64,000 nucleotides of DNA from NCBI RefSeq assembly GCF_009914755.1, contig NC_060926.1; one strand, given 5' to 3'. The notes under the pieces are model-generated. The model was not told the origin of the DNA, ran no database searches, and saw nothing but the letters and a program-made list of their open reading frames with translations. This document shows, piece by piece, positions 41,472 through 55,060 of the stretch. The position numbers were made by a program, and so were the translations under genes. Position 1 is the stretch's first letter, and each line of letters starts with the position of its first letter. Source of the stretch: the human T2T-CHM13v2.0 reference genome, Homo sapiens.

Positions 41472-42339
41472 GTTAAGAGGCGGTGCTGCCAAGTTCTGAG
41501 AGCAAGGCTGCAAGTGCTGGGAGAGCTCAAATCTCCCGTGTGACCTGGCCAAGGAGCAGAGTCCCAGGCACCAGACCAGGGCCACCACGCATGCCTACAG
41601 GAACTGCATTCACCTGGAGTCCAGCACGAATGTCGCCCTCTAGAGCACAGTGCAGGGATGACCTCTCACATAGGTAACCCATGTCCCTGGAGGCCCACCA
41701 CAGCCCTGCTAGTCCCTCCTCACAGGTTCAGTTCCACAAAACTGTGGTCTAGATACAAGTTGAGGGAAGAGGATTTGCTTGACCCTTCCCAATTCAACCC
41801 GGCCATACTTGTTAACATAAAATGCTGGCTACCCTAGACAATGGAACTTTCTAACTCTTCTATGCCACCAGCAACTTCTCCACGCCAAATGTCAGGGCTG
41901 CCTGGTAGATGTCACCTTCCAGGGTAAACCCAAGAAGTAGCTGGCAAGGCTAGAGATCATAGAAGGAGCAATAGCCAAAGGCACAGTGCCGTTCACCTGA
42001 CTCAGGCAAAGCCATATATTTTAAAAGTCTGAACTGTGCAGGGACCAGATTCAAACTAGGAGCTGCCAAAAACCCGCTGATATCAGGGGACATCAGGGGC
42101 CCATCAATAATACATGACAGCTTCCTAAGAGAGAGGCAAGCATACTCAGTCTTGTAGATGAATATGCAGATGGTTGCTTGGTTCTTTTTGCTCCATATAA
42201 TAATAATAATAATATCATCATCATCATCACCATCACCGTCACAGCTGACAGATCTTTACCGGTCACATATATCAGCAGTGTTCTGAGCACTTTACACACA
42301 TTCATTTTGTGTAAAGCGCAAAATGATTTGCACACCAAC

Positions 42340-42716
42340 CTTGTGCAGGGTACAGCCCTTCATGACAGGCTCTGCTTCATGACTGCTCCTTGCACTTCTT
42401 ACCTCCTGCCCTGGGGATACCCTGGTGTCACAGGTGAACCCACAGAATCCTGCTCAGCACTCCCACATGCAACTGGGAAGTACGAGGGTATTGTACACTC
42501 AAGATGAAAGGTGCACAGTTCTGAGGCATGTATTGTAAGGTCCTGGGCACCAAGCAGCCCAGCCATACACCGTGATCACCTCAGTTAGTCCCTCCCTCCC
42601 TGCAGGCTTCTCTTTCCCAGCTCTTTACTCTTATGCCCTAAGATCTCATTCCCATAAATTACTCACATGTTAACCTTTGTCTTGTCCTCTGCTTTCAGAT
42701 GATCTAAGCTAGGATA
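42340..42716 (+). mobile_element. LTR16-like ERVL LTR (short internal stub at about 43137-43320)
   Basis: 3' end cccataaattactcacatgttaacctttgtcttgtcctctgctttcagatgatctaagctaggata followed by gttgg. An (AAT)n(CAT)n run and a MIR piece precede it. Confidence 0.55.
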
Positions 42717-42721
42717 GTTGG

Positions 42722-43131
42722 CGTTATGGAATGAATGTTTTTGTTACCCCAAAATTCAGATATTGAAGTCTTAACCTCCAATGCGACTGCATTTAGTGAT
42801 ACGGCCTTTATAGAGGTAATTAAGGTGAAATGAGGGCATGGGGTGGGGTCCCATCTGATAGGATTAGTGTTCTTATAAAAAGAGACCTCAGAAGGTGAAC
42901 TCCACTCTCTCTCTCTCTCACTCTCTCCCCTCCCACACACATGCACACAAAGAAGAGTTCATATGAGGACACAGTGAGAAGGCAGCTGTCACAGGAAACC
43001 ACAAAACACATCAACCCCGGCAGCACCTTGGTCTTGGATCTCCAGCCTCCAGAATGGTCAGAAATACATGTCTGTCGTTTAAGCCACCCAGTCTGTGATA
43101 TTTTGAATGGCAGCCCTAGGAGACTAAGGCA
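42722..43131 (+). mobile_element. MLT1A/B solo LTR
   Basis: gttatggaatgaatgtttttgttaccccaaaattcagatattgaagtc...ggcagccctaggagactaaggca; TSD gttgg/attgg. Confidence 0.88.
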
Positions 43132-43339
43132 ATTGGTAAAAGGATAGCCCTGGAAATAGTATGCTCAGAATAAAATACTAGAGCGGGGTCACCGACCAAT
43201 CAATCAGATGGCCATAAAGATGTCACTGCTGGGGTGAGTGGGTTTGTGCAGTCAGTCTCTATGACTCTTATCTGTGATTGATTGGGATGGGGGACAGGTG
43301 ATGGTGAAGCATCGGGTTAGTGACAATCATTAAAAAGGA

Positions 43340-43615
43340 AACCACACATGTCATTCATTCTGCATTTATCACACTCATAGAATAAGCAGCATCAACCTTG
43401 AACCCTGATGTAAAGTATGGACTTCAGTTCCTACCAACATATCAATATTGGCTCATTCAGTTGTAATGAATGTACCCCCCTAATGTAAGACATTAATAAT
43501 AAAAGAACTGTGCATGGGGGTAAAGGGAGGGGTACATGGGAACTCTCTGTACTTTCATTTTTCCTGTGAATGCAAAATTACCCTTAAAAAGTCTATTAAT
43601 TTAATTTTAGTCTTA
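43340..43615 (+). mobile_element. L1MC-class 3' end
   Basis: tgaaccctgatgtaaagtatggacttcag...atgggaactctctgtacttt...aaaaagtctatt. Confidence 0.75.
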
Positions 43616-44328
43616 AAAATTAAGACTTTTAATTTAAAAGATAAAATAAATTTGAATATGAGGAAGTTAATAAAAAAGAAAACAACAGGCTCAGATGAGT
43701 CAACTCTCACCTCAATGTAGGCTCAAAATCACAGTCAAGGTCTTATGAAGAGAGGCAGAGGTGCACAGGAGACTGCACGTACAGCCAGGATGGGTCTGCT
43801 ATGTGGAAATCAGGGCAGTCACAGGAAAGCATAAGTCCCTGAGACTTTGTAGAGGCCAGGCAGGCTGGTGGATGAGCTGAGCCTGAGAATCTTGAAGGTC
43901 AGATCCCCTGAACTCTCTGTACCGGCACAAGCAATGCCCTGCTCTGTGATGGAAGAGAGCAGCCTTCCCCACCTGGATCCCTGCAGACATCTCACCTACA
44001 GCGTGCTTCTCAGACCACAATGCCTGTCCTCCTCAGGATCTGTTCCCACCCCACCCGCTTTGCCTCAGCAGAGACTGTGTGGGAAAATAAAGTCCTTGAT
44101 GTGAATGGAAATGACTCACACGCCTCACACGCTGAAAGGATGGCAGGACTTGGTGGACATGCACCAGCAGAAACCAGAACGTAGAGGCACAGGGCAATAG
44201 GGTTGTAGGGCTGGTTGGGGAGGAATTGTTGACATGGGCAATCGCTTGTGAGTTCCCATACCTGCTTTTGATGATTCCTTGAGGTTAGAACAAGGTAGGT
44301 AGCGACATACAGCAAAAAAAGGGAAAAT

Positions 44329-44628
44329 GACCCAGTGCAGTGGCTCATTCATGCCTATAATCCCAGCACTTTAGGGGGTTGAGAAAGAAGGGTCACTTGA
44401 GGCCAGGAATTTGAGACCAACCTGGGCAACGTAAGGAGACCCCAACTCTACAAAAAATAAAATAAAATGAATGAGCTGGGCAGGGGTGGTGCATGCCTGT
44501 AGTCCCAGGTACTGCTGCAGCTACTTGGGAGGCTATGCTGGGAGGATGGCTTGGGCCCAGCAGTTCAAGGCTGCAGTAAGCTATGATTGCGCCACTGTAC
44601 TCCAGCCTGAGTGACAGAGAAAGACTCT
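44329..44628 (+). mobile_element. AluJ
   Basis: cacttgaggccaggaatttgagacc and ttcaaggctgcagtaagctatgattgc are J-type. Confidence 0.92.
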
Positions 44629-44638
44629 GAGAAGAAAC

Positions 44639-44671
<33 letters not shown>

Positions 44672-44783
44672 GGGAGGGAGGGAGGAAGGAAGGAAGGAAG
44701 GAAGGAAGGGAGGGAGGGAGGGAGGGAAGGAAGGAAGGAGGGAGGGAGGAAGGGAAGGAAGGAAGAAAGGAAGGAAAGAAAGA
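44629..44783. repeat. Homopurine (GAAA/GA/GGGA/GGAA)n tract
   Basis: About 155 bp with only one pyrimidine on the + strand, derived from the AluJ tail. Confidence 0.95.
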
Positions 44784-45155
<372 letters not shown>

Positions 45156-45379
45156 TTAAAGTGAACAGCCTGGTGCCAAATGCAGTGTCTTCACAAGACA
45201 GATCAAGTCCTCAACATTGGAGCAATATGTCACCCACAGCAGTGGCCATCCTAACACACATCCTTGAGTTGGCCTTCCCTTTGTCCCTGTCCCACCTCCC
45301 CTGTCTCTCTCTCCTGCTATCTGGGAGCTCTTTCTAAGATAAGCAACTCAGAAAGATAGATCTCTTTGTTCACACTCCA

Positions 45380-45560
45380 CCGTGGGGAGAACCTGGGCTG
45401 TGACAGATTCTGTCATTATCCCCATTTTGCAGATGAAAATCTGTGACACAGAGAAGCTGACTAACTTGACTGAAATCACACAGCTAATGAGTGGCTGAGC
45501 AGGGCCGTGACTCCAGGCCACCTGATTTTCAAATCTGTACCTTTCACCATTATGCTTAGT
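45380..45560 (-). mobile_element. MIR
   Basis: attatccccattttgcagatgaaaatctgtgacacagagaagctgactaacttg core. Confidence 0.8.
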
Positions 45561-46295
45561 CAAATAAGACAGGACAAGTTGGAGAAACATAGACCTCATT
45601 CCTGCATATCCTAACCCATAAATTCTGAAGTCTTGAAACAAGTTTCTCAATCGCCTCAGTCTAAAATTTTTCAACTAATTTTTAAAAAGTGGAATGGAAC
45701 TTGTTTTAAATCATCCAAATAAGTATTCCTTTGCTTCTCTTCTCTTTGACTTTGTAGATCCGGTTTCTCTTATCTCCATGATACTTTACCACCTTCTCCT
45801 CAACAATGACAAAGCCATTAAAATTATTGGTAAAAAATTAGAACTTTAAAGCAGCTTGGAAAAAGTACTATTCAAAGAGGCAGAGCAAGTATTTGGAGCA
45901 ACTAGACTGTCACAGGTAGCACTGGGTACAAGATACGGGTATTTATTCATCTAAACCAAGCCCTAGGACCAAAGAATAAATTGGTTAATTTTTTTCATTG
46001 AATTCCCTTTGAAAACTTCTTATTTCATAAGAAAAATTCTTATAGAAGAAAAATAAGAATTATTCTCATTTCAAAAAAAAACAGCAAAAAATGTAGTAGC
46101 AAATATCTGTATCAATTGGAATCTTCTTCCTTGGCTTTGTGATACCACTTTCTCCAGCATTTGCTGCTTCATTATTTTCCTGGACTCTTTTGCTCCCTTA
46201 AACTTTCTATGACCATGACCATCCCTCAAATGTGGGTCCACCTTGGGAATCTGACCCCAGTGCTTGTCCTTGTTGTGCTCACTAAGAAGTCTTTC

Positions 46296-46611
46296 AGCTG
46301 GGCGAAGTGACTCACACTTGTAATCCCAGCACTTTGGGAGGCCGAGGCAGGAGGATTGCTTGAGCCCAGGAGTTCAAGACCAGCCTGGGCAACATGGAGA
46401 GATTCTGTCTCTACCAAAAATAAAAAAAAAAAATTAGCTAGGCATGGTGATGCACACTTGTGGTGCCAGCTACTTAGGAGGTTGAGGTAGGAGAATTGCT
46501 TGAGCCAGGGAGGTTGAAGCTGCAATGAACTATGATCAAACACTGCACTCCAAGCTGCGTGACAGAGTGAGACCCTGTCTCAAAAAAAATTTTTAATTTA
46601 AATTTAAAAAA
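46296..46611 (+). mobile_element. AluJ
   Basis: ggaggattgcttgagcccaggagttcaagacc and gaccctgtctc diagnostics. Confidence 0.93.
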
Positions 46612-46658
46612 GAGGCCTCCTGTAATCCACAACCCCTCGTCCTGGGCCCCAGCCCCCA

Positions 46659-46683
46659 ACACATACACACACACACACACACA

Positions 46684-46718
<35 letters not shown>
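46659..46718. repeat. Compound (CA)n(TC)n(CA)n microsatellite
   Basis: Directly visible. Confidence 0.95.
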
Positions 46719-49700
46719 CCGCATACACTCATTTCAGCCAAAGCCAACTACTTACTAAGACACCAAACTCCTCCATGTCTCAGTTCTATGCAAGGAAACA
46801 AAAAGAGATTTATTTTCCTCTTTCTCTTTAATTCTTATGCATGAGCCCCAAGGTCTACATGCGATTTTAGGGAAAAAGTTCATTTTAAGGACAAAGGTTT
46901 TTCATCTCTCATATAGTAGTCCTGCACCTGTATGCTCAAAGCCAGTTGGTCTTCGGCTACTCTGTAGTTCAGCACCAACCACAGGGAAGGCTGTGTGTCA
47001 GACCCAGGGCCTAGAAATGTCTCCTGTCCCTTCTGCTCACATTCCACTGGAAGGAACTCAGACACACACCTGCAAGTGGCTCTTGAAACATAGCCGCCAA
47101 CTGAGAGGTCACATATTGGGCTACAGCTAGCTCATTACCTTGAGAGAATGGGAAGATAGATTCGGTGGGTAGTCAGCCATCTGGCCACTGGGATATGTCT
47201 ACAATTCTTGGGTTCGTGGTGCAGCAGAAGCTTTAGTCCACTTCCCACAAAAGAAATGAGGAATAAAGGGGAAAAGCAGACCTGATTAATTCAAATAAAC
47301 AATAAACAAAAAACTATTTTACTATGTACAAGATTGTGAGCCTGAATGTTCCACATATTTTCTTTGGATCTCTGTTTTACTTAGAATAACTTTTCTGAGA
47401 ATGAAAGGCACAACACCTTTCTAAGCATATGGCCCTGAGACTCATCTAAGAAGAGTAATAATGGATAACAAAAATGTATCTGCATGACACAGAGGGTCAA
47501 GGACATACCCAGGATGCCTCCAAATCTGAAAATGATGCCAAGTTTGAAATCAAAACAAAATCTAAGACTCTCCAAGGCAAAACATAAGGGCCTTAGACAC
47601 ACATATGGTTTCCATCTCTAACTGAAAGAGCTGGATCTAAACAGAGTTTCAAAGCACATATGCAGTTTCATAAATAGAATTAGGTATATCAGGATACCTT
47701 CCAACCCAGAAGTTTAGCAATGTCCTTTGCACAACTAAAGATCTGCTGTTCTGAAATCTAGTCTTTACTAAAGTCTCCTGGCTGGTCTTGAATCCTCATA
47801 AAATTCGGTTTTCACATGTGTTGGGGAAGCTTTAAAGACTTGCTTTGTGAGAAGGCTAATGAGAATGCCAGAATTTTCATTTTGGGGTAAAGAGTATAAA
47901 CTAAGCCATCCATAATTTGAACATTTGAAAAAGATCTCCAAAGCATGTCTTTTGGGGACTAACCTCTCAATAAAATGTCCTTTCTGTCAAAACAGTTTGA
48001 CCAATGAGACAGTAATCACAGTTAAAACTAAGCCACTGCTATGGTGAAGAAGAATTTACAAAATCTAGAGTTGTAGCTGTTTCAGATTCCATTGTCAAAA
48101 TGCAATACCTAGCCTGCATTAAGACCATAAATTTGAAAATATAAAAGAAAATTTAAAAAGTATGAATCTGAAGTGAGAACTTAATTGTTTCTGTTTTCTC
48201 CAAATTTATTGAGCCACTGGTCAAGTCTCAAATTTATCAAGGTAATGGCACACACATGGGGAAGGTCCTAATTGAGAGATTCTGTTTTCAGAAATTTTGT
48301 ACCCTGCCTATTTCATTTTATAAGATGTGCTATATACACACACTGCTTCCCAATACACCTGTTTGAGGTGGGATGTTGTGATGGTTTACTTTTCAATTAC
48401 TTTCAGTTTGGGATTGGATGACTTATTTGCTCAAACTCATGATAAAATTATTCTAATTGCTGTGGTCCTAGGGGAAAAAATAAAGTAAAAGAAAGCTGGA
48501 ATCATGTTTGTCCTTCAAATTGGTCAGTTGATCCAACTTTCATAATTTTTGTAAATTTTTACCCGACAAGCACTAGATAAATAGAATAGTTACTTAAATT
48601 ATTCATGAAAACAATTCCACTTGAGGTCTCTCAATTTAACTATATAAGCTGTACAAAAAAAAAAAAAAAATCCTCCAAGAATTTCCAACCTGCTCCTTTG
48701 TTTGACAGTAATTGTCTGGATTAGTTAATCTACTCTGTGAGGAGAAGGCTAGAAGCCAGCCAGTGTGCAAGCCTTGTGGTTAACTTCTTGAAACTGTGTT
48801 TTCCATATGAAATCAGGATAGTGCAATTGCTAGGTGAATTCAAAATTCTTTCAGACTCATCTACAAAAATATGGTGAAGGATGTATAAATACCTTTTTGC
48901 CAATGTTCATGTTCTCCTCTGGAGCACAGGTTTTCTTAACTTACAGGGTTTGACAGTTGGGAGCATCCTTCATTCACTCTCACTTACAGTTGATGACAAT
49001 GAGATTAAGAGAGGTGAAGTCACTTGCCCTGTAGGGTTCACAATGCTTTCTGACTCCCATTCCAGTGCTCCTTATCATACAGTCTGCTGCCAAACTCGTC
49101 CCAATATTCATCTTGAGGAAAGCTAGTTGTGGGAATCCTGAGATCACATTGCCAATGCCAGAATAACTTTAGTTTGTAGTTAAGCATTTGAAAAGCTGGT
49201 AGGAAGTCACAGAAATGGAGAATGTGGCCATCGCAAGACACTAATGAAGGAAGAGGAAATTCTCAAGGGGAACAGGCTCATGCACAGGCTGCTCTTCTTC
49301 TGAGTCAAGCTAGCAGGAATTTTTCTGGAGAGCATCCTGGAAAGAAAAGGAAAGATTTCTTTGCTCATTCTTTCCTTTCTCAATAAGACAAGTAAACGTT
49401 GGCAACCCACCAACATGGAGAATTGGCATAATAGTTCCAGGACCCCTCACGTATTCACCTGTCAGAGAAGGGTTACTGAACACAGTTGGCAGTGCCTGAA
49501 GTTCCTTGTTGAGGGGACAAGTCACGACCAACCTTTCCCTTTCTGAGAGGTTTCAGATGAAGGAGGATCCTCTCAGTCTTTGAAGATGAAGCTCCAAGAA
49601 TCACAGAAAGGTGGCATTTAGTTAGACAAGACCTCTGGCCCTTTGGTTGGGAGTATTAGAAAGAGGTTTTCTTTTAACAAAGCACATCCTCTTATATCCC

Positions 49701-50739
49701 AACGCTGGTTTCATGCTGCTTTCTAATAAAGGGGTTTTCTAGAAGCAGCACCTGTAACACACCAGAGCAGGACTTTTCACTTGCATTTTCACAGTTAGTT
49801 TGGGTTCTTCAGGAGCCTCCTAGATGTAGAGCTGCTGTTCTGTGACTGGAATGTCCGCACCCACAGGAACTGGATGAAAGAATATGGAAAAGAGGATTAG
49901 ACTACACACAGCATATGCAGGCTTAGCTGTCCCAGACCTTGCCATGTGTGTGTCAGGTGGTGAGCTGCACTGGATGGCACTAACCACCTCTCTTCATAGC
50001 CAGAATCTCCACTGATAACTGATATGTTCAACCTCTTAGCACATGGTCACGATTGGTTCAATAAATATTCACTTTACGCTTTATTAGGCACTCTGTTGGA
50101 CACTCTTTAAGCTTCCAAGAGTAGAATATGTGAATTCTCTGCTTTCCAAATCTTGTCGGGGGTTTCCTTCCCTTCTTCTTCTTCTCCAACCTCTTGTCCC
50201 ATTTTACCAATATTATGAACAGATTCAGAGTAGAACAGAATGGACACAAAGTATCTTCCAGGGATTTTTGAGCCTGGTGTGATATATGTTTAACTGTTAT
50301 GTCTGGTGATTACTAATGGAGACACAGCCTCAGATTCTCTGCTGCTTTGAAAGGCGGAATGGTAGCATATGGATTCCGCACTGCACTCTCCTTTTAACTA
50401 ACCTGCAGGAGCACCTGTGTCAGGCTGAATTGTTCCAGAACAGCATATCAATTAGGCAAGCAGAGGCTTGAGGGGTTTTTTGCAAACCATCCTACCAAAT
50501 GCTTCTCTCCAATTTTGTCTGTTGGCACTTCTATTTCAGTACCTCTCACCTTATTACCTAGTCTTTTTGAAATGATGACCACTTAAGAAAAAAACAACAG
50601 AAATAAGTAAAGAATACAGAAAATCATCCCTTTCTTCTTCCAAAACACCCCTTAACCAGCAAACCTTTGGAAGCTACTAAATATCCAGAAATATCCCAGG
50701 GGCAGAGCTGAGTAAAAGCTATATACATTTCCATATTAT

Positions 50740-51110
50740 CTGTGTTTGTTGGGACACACTCTGCTATGCTACAGTAACAAATAAAGTAGCAGGGGTTCAA
50801 CCTTATAGAAGATTATATCTTGTTCATGCAAAGTCTGATGCAGGTCAGCAGGGCTCTCCTCCATCTGATGTCTCAGGGATCTAAGGTCTTCCCATTCCGT
50901 GCTGCTACCATTTCAACACCTGGCTCCCAGGGATAGAGTGAGCATGGGAGACTCTTAACTGCCTCAGAACAAAAATGATATGCCTTTTTACTCAAAGTCC
51001 ACTGGGTAGTGCTGGTTAGATGATCTTGAACTACTTTCAGGGCAACTTGAGTCTTCTCATGTGCTCAGGAATGAATACCTGGATGTGGTAAGCACTAAGT
51101 ATCTCTAGGG
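50740..51110 (-). mobile_element. Old MLT1 (J/K/L-like) LTR
   Basis: ctatgctacagtaacaaataa...cttgttcatgcaaagtctgatgcaggtcag...tctcagggatctaagg. A similar remnant lies at about 46900-47190. Confidence 0.6.
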
Positions 51111-52759
51111 CTTCCATCAATGGCCCAACTCATATATTGTGAAGCAGGTGTTTTCATTACAACCATCTTCACAATTGTTAGCAACTGCCACATCTGACAA
51201 GTAGCCAGTCCCATTGCTTCAGGGCCAATGACCTCACCATAATCTCAAGGCCCTGCCTCCCAGGCCCACATGAGGGACCAGGGTTTCTCATCACCACTTT
51301 CAACAGCATCATGGCATTGCTTTTTGACCTGGAGATTTAGATTAACTTCTGCTCTACCAATACAGTCACCAAAACGTCAAGAGTAACAAGAGAAGGAAAC
51401 TTAATTCTCCAGGATCTCTTACAGCATAAGAAATCAGGTCTTGGTGAGAAAAATACTTTCATAAATTGGTTGGGTATAAAATTCACAAATGTTGAGGAAT
51501 CATGTGTTAGACATAAAGCTGAAGTCATCCCAGAGGAGGGAGAGAAAAGGCAAAAACGGTGGGCCTTTTCTAATAAAAGACTGGGGGGATTCCTAGGAGG
51601 GGGTCCTATCTCAGAGAATGATTCTCCGATAAAGCTGCTAAACTGAGAAACAGGCTTGAGAATGACCTTCCATGAAAACAGTGGCATGGACTAGGGAGGT
51701 GACATTCAGGCAATGAGGCTAAGGGAGGCTGAAGGAAGAAAGCACTAAGGAAAAGAAATTGCAGGAAGGACTCTGAGTTCTTCCAAGGCCACGGAATGAG
51801 GATTCCAGTAAAATTTGACCAGATCCTCCTAGGCAGGAGCCCAGCTGACAGCTGGCTCACACAGTAAGGACCTTAACTCGACTGGGTGTGGACTGGTGAA
51901 GCCCTACAGCCAAGCCACAGGAAAGGAGGGGTAGCTGGGGCAGAGTAGTTGACTCGTTTCAAGCCACCCTTCAGGTGTCTCAACCTTACATCTCCTGAAC
52001 ATCTGCAGTGAAAGTAACCTCCTTTCACCTCTTAGAAAACATCCCAGTTGGCTTTATATCATATAGGAATTGTGTTTAGCTTCCTCCAGCTCCCCTCCCC
52101 TCTGCTTTACACACATGCCTTGAGAACTAGGACCTAGAGAAAGGTGCCTTCTCCCCAGGACTCAGCCCCGTGTCAGGCCTACCATGGAAACTTATTCACC
52201 TTCTTCCCTAACCTATAAGATGGGCATGGTGACAGAGATCATACAGGATACAGGAGAGGTAGTGTGGCATAAAGATTGGCAGCAGGGCTAGGGCATAGGA
52301 TCACACTGGTGTGTACCACGATTTTGATCCTAATTTCCAGGAAGAGCAATCATCTCTTAGAGCTGTGCTAGAGACTACGTGAGAAAAAGAATATAAAACT
52401 GAGTGTAAGAGCTGGCATTTAGTGAGCCTCAGTGAATGCTGTCTGTTTGAATAGGTAATGCCCTCTGAGAGGGTGGACAACAGAAAAAAAAATATCTTGG
52501 AGGTGAATCACCCGGAAATCAGCTCAGTTGGGCTGGGAAAATATTGGGGGGGAAAAACAAATCAGCACCGGGAACTCTCCAAATGACCTGGAGCAAGAAG
52601 GTCTCGGCATGAGAAAGTCCTCTTTGTCTTAGTGAGAGACTTAACAACTGTTGAGAATGCGGGCATCAGCTAAGTGGACTGGGAGATGCGGGAAGGTAGG
52701 GGAAGGTAGAGGCACTTCCCAGAAATCTGGAAATTACACAAATGACAGAGATCATTAGT

Positions 52760-53270
52760 GGTGGCCAGTGTGCTTCCCACTTCTTTCATAGTACTTGTTT
52801 TTTGCAGGCACTGGCTGACTGAATAGAGACAGCTAGGTATAGTCCTAGACCAAGGCTCAGCCCATGGGATGTAAGTGAAAGTGTGTGCTGCAGCTTCTGG
52901 GAATCTTCTTTAAGAGACAGCAGGTGTCTGCTCTTTGCCACGTCTTCCTCATTCCTCTTTCTTGCTGGCAGGAATGCAGGCGTGATGGGCAGTGCTACAG
53001 CAGTCATCTTGGACCTAGAGGTATCCTGGGGGAACAGAAGCCCATGTGGAACCACAAGAAAGAAGAAGCAATGAGAAATGGAGGCCAGACACCCCAGCGT
53101 CTAGTGTGTTAGATAAGCAAAGGTGCCCTCACTCCAGAGGACACAGAAAAGAGGGAGGGTGGTGTCCAGATTTTTATGTAAGAAGGAAAGAAACCTCTAT
53201 CTAGCTAAAGCCACAGTTATTCTGGATCTCATTTTATGCAAAGTCCAACTCAATCCTCAAAGGTAGTAAC
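52760..53270 (+). mobile_element. Old MLT1 (J/K-like) LTR
   Basis: gcccatgggatgtaagtgaaagtgtg...gcaggaatgcaggcgtgatgg...gcagtcatcttggacc...ctaaagccacagttattctgg. Confidence 0.65.
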
Positions 53271-54709
53271 TTACTCTACCTATGTGGCCGTTGATGACAT
53301 TTCCACTTACCAGCCTTGGCTGTTCATTATATTTCTATTCAGTTGTTCTGGGATGCTAGCATTTATTATAACATTAATCTTATTTTAACAGTGTTATAAT
53401 CTCACTCCCATTTAACTGCTCTTCAAAATGAAGATTGAATGTCAGTTCTACTATTGTCCATCTTGCCTGGATATTGTAACAGTTTTCACATACCTATTTT
53501 AAAACAAGTGGGGCTTGGGGGAGCTGAAACGGAGCTTCCCAATTTTGCCCAGAGCTGGCCTAAGGAACACCTTATTCAGCAGTGGGAACACATACAAATA
53601 AAATACTATTTTTAAAGGGCTCTGGCCTCCCTTCATCCAAAAGAACTTCATCTCCTAACACGAACTTGGCATTCTCTGTTACTCACCCAATGTAAATTGG
53701 TTTTCCTTCTGGGTAAGCATTGATTTGCAGAGATCACCGGGTGCAGGGCAGCTCCTGATCCCAGGCTGCCTTGGCAGTGGCCGCCCTGCACGTTCAGACA
53801 GCTCCTCTGCCTCTGCGGACTGGGAGAGACTGCCTGCTGGCTCTCCGGACCATGCTACCGACCCAGGCCGGAGAAGGAGAAAGGAAGGCGGGAGAAGTGA
53901 TCCCAGCCAGGTGGTGCTCGGCACTGCCACATGCCATCGTCCTCCTGACCGATGGGAGGTCACCTGGTAAGGGACGGGGCCCCCACCCCTCGGCTGTGAC
54001 TGCTGCTGTCCAGCATGCTTGGGATTCCAACTCATCTATTATTTAGTTGGAAGGGATGTTTTTAACACCTTGTGTGTTTAGGCTGTTTTATTCTTTCACC
54101 AGCCTTCACAGGTATGAATCTACGTAATCTTCATAACAACTTTTAGAAACTAGGTATGGAAGATACTGTTCTCAGTATTTCAAATGGAGGAAATCAAGGC
54201 TCTGAGAGTCGCCTCCTATAACTTCTGTAGCTGGAGCCCTGCTACCTCTTGCCTGGCCTGAGGACAGCGGCGAAGCTACGACAAGTGCATGGATAGCAGC
54301 TGGGAGGGGAGGCTGGCAAGAGGCTCTCGGTTTCCCCCTGCATGCTGCCTTCCCTGGCCCCGCCTCTGCTTGGAGTCCCCAGCAGGCAGTGTCAGCCCCA
54401 CACAAGACAGAGATCTGGGGCCTCACACCTCACCTTGCCCGCCCCTCCAAGGGCCCAGCAATTACTCGAGAATCTGACTTTGGTGATTTAATTGCTTTTC
54501 CCTTAAATATGAGAAATAGGTGTAATTTCTCCTTTTGTTCTTTTACTACAGCCGGAGTGGTAAATACTACCTACTGCCAACAAACACGGGCATCCACTCT
54601 GTCTTCAATGCCTCTTCCGTGAGACATTTGAACTGAAATAAGAGCTGTATCATCTAGAATGAATAACCAAGGGGGCCAAGAAAGGCCTAGACTGAAGAAA
54701 TAAGTCAAC

Positions 54710-55060
54710 ATGTGCGTTCTCCGGCACAGGCCCCTCCATGGAGCCGGCAGTCGGCTATGCAGCCAGGGGACGCAGATCCACAGCTCTCGGGCTGATTCAG
54801 GACTGTGCAAGCACCGCAGAAGCCAGGGAGCTGGTGTCCTGGGCATCCTGGCAGTTCTTTTCACGTTGGCGCAAATGAGCAATGCGCACGAAGCTGCTCC
54901 ATCTCCTCTGCTGCGATTTCGCTGCCGAAGAGCCGAGGAAGGTTAGGATGCAATTAACAGAGCGGAGTGACCTGCGACGGGGTTAACCTGCGGAACAGAG
55001 GCAGCCATAAATCAGCATCCCGGCCTCACGGACGCGCCAGCAGAAGGAAGTCACGCAAGG
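54710..55060. promoter_or_regulatory. Small orphan CpG-island-like element with PBX-HOX site
   Basis: About 24 CpGs in 350 bp of GC-rich unique sequence. ccataaatca at 55005-55014 is TGATTTATGG on the minus strand. Confidence 0.5.
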
